Assembly: GCF_006345805.1 (NCBI RefSeq)
Contig: NC_042998.1
Location: 69,936,001 to 70,000,000, forward strand
Reading direction: 5' to 3'
DNA length: 64,000 bases
Source of the DNA: Octopus sinensis
Lineage: Eukaryota
Positions 53,709 through 64,000 of this stretch are shown piece after piece; positions within the stretch are counted from its first letter, which is position 1, and each line of letters begins with the position of its first letter. Below the pieces are notes generated by a model, which saw only the letters and a list, made by a program, of their open reading frames with translations, had not been told where the DNA came from and made no database searches. The translations under genes were made by a program, and so were the position numbers.

Positions 53709-54097
53709 TATGTGTCTCTGTGTGAGTGTGCGTGCATATTTTCGTGTGTTTATGTATCTATATATCTATCTATCTATATATATACACACACATATGTGTG
53801 TGGGTTTCTGTGCGTGTATACCTATATTGACATATATTTGTGTAAATGTCTGCACACATATTTTATTACGCATAAAAAAGACTAAAGAATTCCGCAAAAG
53901 CATGTACGTATGTATGAATGGTGTGTGTGTGTGTGTGGTGTATCAGAGATTTGTATGTATATATATATATATATATATATCTTATACATATACTTATATA
54001 TACATAGATATGAAAGCATATGTACGTATGCATGAATGGTATATGTATGTATGTATATACATACATATTTTATTTATAAATATATAATGTATGTATA

Positions 54098-54140
<43 letters not shown>

Positions 54141-54834
54141 TTTACAACACATATTTATATATATATATACATATTTATATGTATATATATATATATACAT
54201 ACGAATGAAATATATGAATGTAATATATATTATATATATATAATCTATATATTATATATATATACATACATATATACGTATATTATATATATTATATATA
54301 TATATATATACCACACAGAAATACAAACACACACAAACACACACACACACACACACACATATAAATATATACAGTGCGGAAAAATCAATATATGTGTGCA
54401 TATATACATAAGTGCGCATATGTGTATGTATGCGTTTGGGTAAAAGAAAATTTGTACTTGTATGTGTGTGTGTATGCTCGTGTGTGTATGTGTGTATATG
54501 CGTGTGTGTATGTGTGTGCGTGCGTGCGTGTGTGTGTGTGTGTGTAGTCTGTAAACATGTAAATATGCGTGTAGCTATTAAGGCATACGTAGTCTTGTTT
54601 AGGTGTGCATATACAAGTGCATGTGCATTAGCGCGCATTTAACACCGCAGGGGAATGCCTAAATCGGTTGTCTACTGCGGGCCATGAATATTTCTCAATC
54701 CCCGTGGGAGTACGCCTCATTCTAACAATGTACCTTACATATAGAAGAACATTATCATTATGGAAGCTTCAAACACACGTCTCTCCACGCTTCCTATCTC
54801 CCTCCCTCCCTCCCTCTCTCTCTCTCTGACTCTT

Positions 54835-54899
<65 letters not shown>

Positions 54900-55099
54900 T
54901 CTCTAAATGTATCTGTCTATCTGTCTATCACTTTTCCATCCATCTATTTTTTCGAAACAACAACAGTCCTCTCTTTCTCTCAAAGCAGCACCCTCTGTCT
55001 GGTTAAACAAAACATCGCAACTCTTGTGTCATCTTATACCATAGATTAACCATGCCAAGCAAATAAAGATATATATATATATATATATAATATATAATA

Positions 55100-55132
<33 letters not shown>

Positions 55133-55319
55133 CATACATTGATGGAAAATGGAAGAATAAATGCAAAGGAGCAGAATGGTATATATAATATATATATATA
55201 TATATATATTATTCACATATATACATATACATACCTATATATATATATAATATATGTGTGTGTGTGTGTGTGTGTGTTGTGTTTTAAACATGTTTATATA
55301 TATATATGTATTTACATAC

Positions 55320-55357
<38 letters not shown>

Positions 55358-55626
55358 GTATGTAAATACTAGAATATATAGTATATATACGTATATAGAT
55401 ATATAGATATATTTAATATACGTATGTAAATACATATATATGGACATGTTTACACGCACACATATATATATTTCGATATATATATATATATATCATATAT
55501 ATATATACTTATTTTTACATATGTGTGTGTGTGTGTGGTGTGTGTATGAGTGTGTGTGTGTTGTATGCGTTTGCGCGTCTATGTGTATTGAAGACCTCCC
55601 AGAAATTCAGATTCTTTCGTAGAATT

Positions 55627-55697
<71 letters not shown>

Positions 55698-56215
55698 CAT
55701 ATATATATATATATAACCAAGACATATTATGTTATTATTACTACCATTAAAAATAAAGGAACCATTATTACTCCCATCATCATCATCATTATCATTATTT
55801 GTTTCAGCTTTTGAAAAATCACTGCATTCACATTCTCAGAACGTAACATTCTGCGTATATAGGTTTCCATGTATATAATAGTGTTTCTAGCATTCTATGT
55901 TTATATACCATATAATATATAACATTTATGTATACATACATACATATATAAATATATACAGGCATACATACACATACACACACACACGCACGCACACACA
56001 TACACCATGTAGACTATTACTGTGGAAGAATATATACGCAGAGTGTTATATATACATATGTGTGTGTGTGTATGTATGTGTGTATGTAAGTATATATGTG
56101 TATATATATATATATATAGAATATACATATACATATATATATATACATATATTATATATATATATACATATATATATATAATATATATATATATATAATA
56201 TACATACATACGTAC

Positions 56216-56268
<53 letters not shown>

Positions 56269-56269
56269 T

Positions 56270-56300
<31 letters not shown>

Positions 56301-56999
56301 CACACACAACCACATTGTGTAATATTTAACATCATCCTGGAATGTTAGCAATCATGCTAATTTTCTAGATATCTCTGTATATTCATTTATATTTTGTTTG
56401 TATGTGTGTGTTAATGCTTGGATTTGCTACTACGTAACAACCTGAAAGCGTGAGAAGCGATCACTTCTAGACAAGAATCTTTATTTGCCAATGCAAAGAT
56501 ATCTTTAAAAAAAATGTCCACAATTCACAAGAAATGCTATTTTTTTTTTTAGTTAAAAAATACAAAATGTATTAGTATAATATTGATTTCTATATTTGTA
56601 ATTATATAATAACAATAATAACAACAACAACAACAACAACAATAATAATAATAATAATAATGATAATAATAATAGTTTATTTTATCATTGCTACCAGGGC
56701 CTTTTCATACATGCAATAATAACTTTATGCATAGGCGTTGAAAAACGAAAGGATGGACAAATAATATTATAGAAATACTAAGAGAAACACAAGCACATTA
56801 TACAATATAAATGTGTGTGTGTGCGTGCGTGCGCATGTGTGTGTGTGGGTGTGTGTGGAAGGACATTTTGGAAATGTGGACATAAATTAAACGCATAAAA
56901 TTACTAATAATGATATACGAATACTATCTTTAAAAAGTTACTCAAATAACGAGATATACACGAAAAACAAAATGAAAAACATTTTAGGATAATCCCCAA

Positions 57000-57900
57000 G
57001 ACGCACACACACCCTGGTGGAAATCCATCAACTAAGTCCTCTATCAGAATTCCCTCACCAATATTCCGGCTGTTATTCAGGTCGTTCTGTAACAATCCTG
57101 TGAGTTGTTCTCATCGGTGGGTAAAATGGAGCTCTGAAAGCTCGGGTATACTCGTTTATGGTCTGTTGGTATGAGTTTTAGCAGCAGTCTCTATCCTTTG
57201 AGTGTTTTCTGTATTGTACCTTCATTTCTTCACAAATTATTTCTTGGTCGATTCCGCTTTTTCCACCTCTGTTCTTTTTGGGATTTCACCACATCCTCTT
57301 AGATGTTTTCAGTATTGTGAACGATATAGTTTCCGAAAGCGTTGTGGGTTTCGTAATTCTGGTTACTTCCGGCATAGATGTAGACCTTGTTTTACCTGTT
57401 CTTCATGCCTTCTTTTGGGGGTGACTTTTCTTCCTGAAGTCTTTTGTTTTCCTTTTTCTACTCCTCGTTCTTCCCTCGACAGTTTTTGTCTCTGTTCTTT
57501 CTCCATATCCTCTTCTTTGAACAAAGATGATGAGGATCACGTTATTGTTTATGACGGGAGAATGGGACACCTGAGAAAGCGGTAGTGTTTTAGATTATTC
57601 TTGGAATTTGTATTCAAGAGTGCGATTGGTACTGATGTTGGAAGAGTAACGTCAGGGACTTGTTGTTGCTACCGATTCTCTTGCTGGTCACTGCTCTTTT
57701 TCTTTCTCTAATTCCTGAGAACAGAAAACTCAGCTATAACTGTTCTGTTCTTTTTTTTTTGTCCTGTATTGCCAGCTTCATTGCTTTTATTTCCGCACCA
57801 AGACAGGACACAGCTATGGAACAGCGGCTATGGTTTTCTAGGATCAATAGCCGTTGTTATTCCATTCTGATTCTTCCGACTACATGCCATTTTTCATGAT
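57000..57900 (-). mobile_element. Probable RNase H-bearing LINE (I-group-like) remnant
   Basis: GAEIKAMKLAIQ resembles the RNase H AEL.AI..AL helix; many stops and frameshifts. Confidence 0.35.
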
Positions 57901-58672
57901 CTCTGCGCACCATTAACCATCTCATGTTCCGTTACAAAAGGGACAATGATCTAAAGTTGATGCTACTACTAATGTATTTGAATGTCAACTTTGAACAGTG
58001 TTGGCCATGTATTGTGGTATTAGTTTAAGGACAGATCTATGTCATATTATCATTGCTTATCACCTCGCTTCTATCTCGATTTTAGAGCTCAAGCAGGCAA
58101 ATCCATTCAATTTATCCCAATCAATGGACGTACACTGTTCCATACAGTTTCTCTTTTGAAGGCGTAATGAACGCACTCATTGCTTTTTGCGAAGTAGAGG
58201 TATACCATTTTTCTCTTGTTCTTCGATAGATTTCCTAGGTGAGGATCACACTCTTTTATGGCAATAATTCTATTTTTGACCGGATTAAATCTATACTCAA
58301 ATCCATATCATTACAAAAATGCTTTATCGATATTAACCGTATTTTTAATATTTCAATATTTTCTTTGCGTGAGAGTGCTGTTGTTGCTGTTCTTAACCAT
58401 ATCATCACGAATCTCTAATTCCCTGTTTGTGTTTACTTTGAAAAAAAAAAAAAAAAAAATCATTATATTCTTGCAACTGTTTGCATTTTGCCATGTGATT
58501 ACATTGGCCTTTTTTTTTATTTGTTTTATGTGCTGTATATTAAACTGAATTTTTCAGCGAGCAGTTTTAGGTTCAGAGTAGACACAAAGATTAATGCTTA
58601 AAAAGCCTGAATATGAACAGGCTTTTATGTTTTTTCTCTGTCTGTCTCTGTCTCTGTCTCTTTCTCTTTCTT

Positions 58673-58788
<116 letters not shown>

Positions 58789-59029
58789 AGGTTCCAAGGG
58801 GCAAACGGCCAAACACTGAAGATGTTGGTGTACTCCATCTCCGAATGCAGGAGTCGGTGTCTCATCAGGCGGTGAAGTAGTTTTGTAGATATTTCAGCGT
58901 CGTCCACGGCGACATCAGAGCTATGTGGCACCACTCATCGATGTTGATGACTATAGGCGTAGGAGTGGCTGTGTGGTAAGTAGCTTGCTTACCAACCACA
59001 TGGCTCCGGGTTCAGTCCCACTTCTCGAG

Positions 59030-59480
59030 GCCTCTCGCTATCGTTAGATTTCTCTTAGCCCTTTCCTTCGCAGTGTCAGTCAGTGTTCTAAGCACTTGAT
59101 TATATCACCATGTGCATCCGTGCATTACGCTTGGAAATTATGTTCCTCATCATTCCAACCTTCCCGCATTTACACAGGCTATTCTCTTTCATTTTATAAC
59201 GCTTTAGGGCTTTAGGTTTGCAGAACTCTGACAATCTGTTGTGGAAAAGAGTGAAAAAAAAAAATTATGACCGTTTCCTATGACCAAAGTTCTGTACATC
59301 CTATTTTCCCCTCATCCTAAAAATCCTCTCAAATGAAACACATTGAACGAAAATTCACATAGCAGTTTGTGATCGTTTCCTTCCTTACTTGGTTGATCAC
59401 AGCGTCCTTTTTGCATTATAATTCATGGCGTAGTACTCGTATGGTCCCAACTCAGAATCTCCGAGATCTTCCTCCTTGGA
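59030..59480 (-). mobile_element. Possible piggyBac transposase C-terminal remnant
   Basis: Across frameshifts MNYNAKKDAV..Q, IFFFTL..K..Y and CTDA...KCLEH resemble YN.TKG.VD..DQ, IFF.L and the cysteine-rich tail. Confidence 0.3.
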
Positions 59481-59698
59481 AAATCACGAAATTCACTAAT
59501 ATCGAGAATAACTTTGTAATATTTTGCTTCTAGATATTTTTACGCAATCAGAATATACAAGTTATTTTGAGAACTGAAATAATCTTTTTTTAAACCTTCC
59601 TATTGTTGATTTTATCAATATATTGTTAACGATTTAAAACTGTCGAGTAGCTTTTTCTAACATAACTATTTTTACCCGATACATTTTATAACTGTTTG

Positions 59699-59788
<90 letters not shown>

Positions 59789-60083
59789 GTCTGTCTGTCT
59801 CTATGTCTGTCTGTCTGTCGGTCTGTCTGTTTGTCTGTCTGTAGTTCTGTCTGTCTGTCTGTCTTTCCGTCCGTTCGTCCGTCCGTTTGTCTGTGTCTGT
59901 GTCTGTCTCTGAGGATATATACATATATATGTGTGCCTATCTGCAACTAATTACCTTTCTCTCTCTCCTTCCCTCTATCTGATTGTCTGTCATCTCTGTC
60001 TGTCTGTCTGTCTGTATGTATGCATGTATGTGTGTATGTATTAATGTATGTGTGTTACATATATACATACATATATACATACA

Positions 60084-60119
<36 letters not shown>

Positions 60120-60405
60120 TAGTAGATACTGTAAATTTAAAGTGAATACTTGATAAGTGTAAGCACCTGTATATGCCAGATAGTGGCAGATGTGAGAGAG
60201 TATATATGAAATATAAATTAAAAACAGAACACAAAGGATATCGCGGTACACGTGTTTCAAACTTTATAAACAATCCGTTATTACATCGATGTATTAATGA
60301 TATAAAAGATGGTTTAAAGCTCTCCTCCGCCGCAAAGATATTTAGTCCAAGATTACATCACAATAAAAAAATATATAAAAAGTACATGTGGTATTACCCA
60401 TTATA

Positions 60406-60491
<86 letters not shown>

Positions 60492-60646
60492 ATATATATA
60501 TATATATATTATATATATACTAATACATCTGTTTGTTTGTACACCACCTGCCTTCGTCTTTTGTTTATTTTCGTAAACTTTTCCTTATATATAATTATAT
60601 ACATATATATATATATATTATACATACATACATACATACATACACC

Positions 60647-60720
<74 letters not shown>

Positions 60721-60950
60721 AAGGCGGCGAGCTGGCAGAATCGTTAGCACGCCGGGCGAAATGCTTAGCGGTATTTCGTATGTCGTTACGTTGTGAGTTC
60801 AAATTCCGCCGAGGTCGACTTTGCCTTTCATCCTTTCGAGGTCGATAAATTAAATACCAGTTACGCACTGGGGTCGATGTAATCGACTTAATCCCTTTGT
60901 CTGTCCTTGTTTGTCCCCTCTGTGTTTAGCCCCTTGTGGGTAGTAAAGAA
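60721..60950 (+). mobile_element. SINE family B
   Basis: aaggcggcgagctggcagaatcgttagcacgccggg...gttcaaattccgccgaggtcgac...gtttagccccttgtggg. Confidence 0.9.
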
Positions 60951-61070
60951 ATATATATATATATATATAAAACGTTAATCCAAACAAGAAAGCACAAAAA
61001 ACACAACAACGCGAGGACGTGGAACGAATATAGTATTATTGGACGCTCAGGAAAGAAGGAAAGAAGGAGG

Positions 61071-61106
61071 GTTTTAACGTTTCGAGCGGAGCTCTTCGTC
61101 GGAAAC
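61071..61106 (-). ncRNA. Minimal type-I hammerhead-ribozyme-like motif (U4C core)
   Basis: GTTT CCGACGA A GAGC tcc GCTC GAAA CGT TA AAAC: 4-bp stem I and 4-bp stem II, inside a roughly 220-bp element at 60965-61185. Confidence 0.55.
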
Positions 61107-61214
61107 ATAGGAGAAGGAAAGATCCAGAGAAGGGAAGACAGAGGGAAAAAAATCGCCAACGGTACACATGCGGTCACATTTTGAAAAAAAGAAAACATAT
61201 ATATATATATATGG

Positions 61215-61380
61215 CGCGGGAGTGACTGTGTGGTAAGCAGCTTGCTTACCAACGACATGGTTCCGTGTTTTCATTCCACTGTGTGACACCATAGGCAAGT
61301 GTCTTCTACTATAGCCTCGAGCCGACCAAAGCCTTGTGAATGGATTTGATTGACGGAAACTGAAAGAAGCCAGTCGTACA
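61215..61380 (+). mobile_element. SINE family A, 5' half
   Basis: tgtgtggtaagcagcttgcttacc...ggcaagtgtcttctactatagcc...gacggaaactgaaagaagcc. Confidence 0.85.
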
Positions 61381-61404
61381 TACATACATACATACATACA
61401 TACA

Positions 61405-61452
<48 letters not shown>

Positions 61453-61539
61453 ATATATATATATATCTATATATATATATATATATATTATATATAATAT
61501 ATTGGTATAACATATGCATATATACAATATATATACTTA

Positions 61540-61720
61540 ATCATGGTTTCAAATTTTGGCACAGGTCAGCAAGTTGGTGGGGTGCGGGGTAAATCGATTA
61601 GATTGACTCCAGTGCGCAGCTGGTACTCTTTTTATCGACCCCGAAAAGATGAAAGGCAATTCAGAACGTAAAGACGGATGAAATGCCGCAAATTATTTTG
61701 TCCGGTATGCTTACAATTCT
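61540..61720 (-). mobile_element. SINE family B, degraded
   Basis: ggtactctttttatcgaccccgaaaagatgaaaggcaa..tcagaacgtaaagacg. Confidence 0.75.
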
Positions 61721-61741
61721 GCCAATAATATATGATGATGG

Positions 61742-61789
<48 letters not shown>

Positions 61790-61878
61790 CGACGATGACT
61801 ACGACGACGACGATCTCGATGAGGATGATGAAGAATTAATATAAAAAGAGCTGAGGATGTTATTAGAATATGTTTGCA

Positions 61879-61947
<69 letters not shown>

Positions 61948-61950
61948 GTC

Positions 61951-61984
<34 letters not shown>

Positions 61985-62444
61985 ATATATATATATATAT
62001 ACATAGCACATACACAAAATATATATACAAATACACCCACAGATTACTCGGTTGTATATGTCTGTGTGTCTTACGATATCACGTTACATAATAAATGAAA
62101 GTCCTCTGAGACGCCAAATGTATCATTCCATTGCTGTATGGTGTATATGGTAATACCACAACAATACTGGTGGTGGTGGCCACCTATTGATAATGAATGT
62201 GGCTAAAGGAGGTCAGATATGGACACGGACATTGATGGAACAATAAAAACAATTGTTGCTATCGACACCACCACAACTACCACCGCTAGCACCAACGTCA
62301 TCATTGCTACCACGACCACCACTCACTACGACGACGACGACGACGATGACCATCATCACCACATTAACCAATATCACTACCACAATCATCAGCACAAGAA
62401 TAAGAATACAAGTACTACTACTACTACTACTACTACTACTACCT

Positions 62445-62499
<55 letters not shown>

Positions 62500-62540
62500 C
62501 ACCACCACTACTACTACTACTTCTACTAACACCACCGCTT

Positions 62541-62585
<45 letters not shown>

Positions 62586-62834
62586 GTAGTAGTAGTAGTC
62601 GATGAAGAAAAGCAGTAACGGAAATAATTGAACATGAAAGCTAATTACTACCGCGACCACTGCTGCCATCGCCGACCGATGGACACTACTATTACCAGGA
62701 GTCCCTCTACTTCACTTTTATAATCAATTTTATAATCAATTTTATTATTGAATTGTTGAATTGTTACCAGTTGAAGTACCATGCTAGCATTATGAGTTAT
62801 ATACAGAGAATTATATAATATATAAAGAAGAAAG

Positions 62835-63170
62835 GGTAAAGGGTAAAGACCCCTTCGGTCACGAGTGTCCATGGGATTGCAGATAGAAAATTCATCTTCG
62901 AGGTACAAGTCCGGGCAAGGTTGTTTTTGTGGAAGACCAGCAGTCGCCCATGCATTCGCGTCTCCTTTCTTCGTGCCACCTATGTTGCCCTAGGAAAGAG
63001 GCAAAGGCCGATACAACTTGGCACCAGTGACGTCACAACTCATTTCTACAGCTGAGTGAACTACAGTGACGCGAAATAAAGGGTCTTGCTCAAGAATAGA
63101 AAACACAGCCCAGTCCGGGAATCGATCCCACAACCTCACAATCATAAACCCGACACTCTAACCACTGATC
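62835..63170 (-). mobile_element. tRNA-derived SINE sharing its 5' domain with family D
   Basis: Head cagtggttagag...ggatcgattcccgg, then cttgagcaagacccttta...ttcactcagctg as in the 22402 copy, with a different 3' tail. Confidence 0.75.
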
Positions 63171-63221
63171 CATACATACATACATACATACATACATACA
63201 TACATTATGTATGTATGTATG

Positions 63222-63255
<34 letters not shown>

Positions 63256-63273
63256 TGTATGTATGTATGTATG

Positions 63274-63311
<38 letters not shown>

Positions 63312-63399
63312 TACAAATATATATATATACACACACACACACATATATATATATATAATATTTTGGTGGAAAAGAGAGCGATTATATAACTCGAGGAAA

Positions 63400-64000
63400 C
63401 TTTATGGGTTGGGTACTACTATGAATACGTTCCAGAAATCCTTAGCCTGTCAGTGCTACCCAAGGTCACCTCCTGTTCGAAAGGTATTCTTCATGCCCAG
63501 CGCTGCAGTCACGTGGATGAGTCAGTGATGCATGCACAGCAGCAAAACCGTTTGTCATACACTTTTTCATAGTCTCAGCATTACTGATCTATGGAGTAAT
63601 ATCAGACAGCTGTTGTTGTGAACTCTGCTATGGGCCGTGTCCATTTTGAGGATTACCGGCCGTTTTCCTCTTGTGGCTCTAGTGCAAAAGGTTGTATAGA
63701 GAATGAGTCTAAAGGACTAATGACATGTCTCGCAAGCTTTTTCAAGTTCTGCTTTCCTTTGCCAAAAGGTGGGTAACTGTGGCGAAAATGGTAAATATGA
63801 AAGGAACTACTCTAAGCTTGCGCCTGTAGATCAAAGAACATTTGAGAGAGGGCATGTGCCTTTGGTGATCAGGTTGATCTTGAATCTGTTAGATTCCTTG
63901 ACTGGCCCTAGTAGAAGAATCGAATGGGCTTTATCATCCACGTATTCATGTATTTGGATATTTTATTATCTTCTTCATCGATTTTACCCACATCATATAT
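63400..64000 (-). mobile_element. Possible highly decayed non-LTR retrotransposon
   Basis: KIDEEDNKISKYMNTWM weakly resembles post-RT segments of RLE LINEs; many stops. Confidence 0.2.

Noticed and set aside
54640-54710. GC-rich patch suggesting an HDV-like ribozyme
   Set aside because: Only short helices; the nested double pseudoknot cannot be built.
58791-58875. PAN/apple-like exon FQGANGQTLKMLVYSISECRSRCL after a (TC)n tract
   Set aside because: The pyrimidine tract is a microsatellite, the frame stops before further cysteines, and there is no donor.

Overview
Eukaryotic, AT-rich, very microsatellite-dense DNA. The SINE families and repeat landscape look like octopus (coleoid cephalopod) intronic or intergenic sequence; that assignment is my inference from family resemblance. 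I cannot support any complete host protein-coding gene, true tRNA or rRNA gene, or CRISPR array. Almost all listed ORFs are translations of (AT)n, (GT)n, (ATGT)n, (ATCT)n or trinucleotide repeats. The informative content is decayed mobile elements: tRNA-derived SINEs of about four families, RLE-type (R4/Dong-like) LINE pieces, a Tx1/L1-like zinc-finger piece, a Penelope GIY-YIG piece, several mariner/maT transposons and a Helitron cluster including a PIF1-helicase fragment. The most interesting signals are three. (1) A dispersed set of minimal type-I hammerhead-ribozyme-like motifs, two in unrelated contexts sharing a variant CCGACGA core, and one tandem pair spaced 351 nt apart in a retrozyme-like arrangement. 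(2) Several near-perfect fold-back hairpins. (3) A duplicated two-block module about 7.7 kb apart whose blocks are 97-99% identical while the sequence between and around them has diverged. A few candidate exons are reported at low confidence. All translations, alignments and pairings were done by eye, and element boundaries are approximate unless a TSD, TIR or terminus is quoted.
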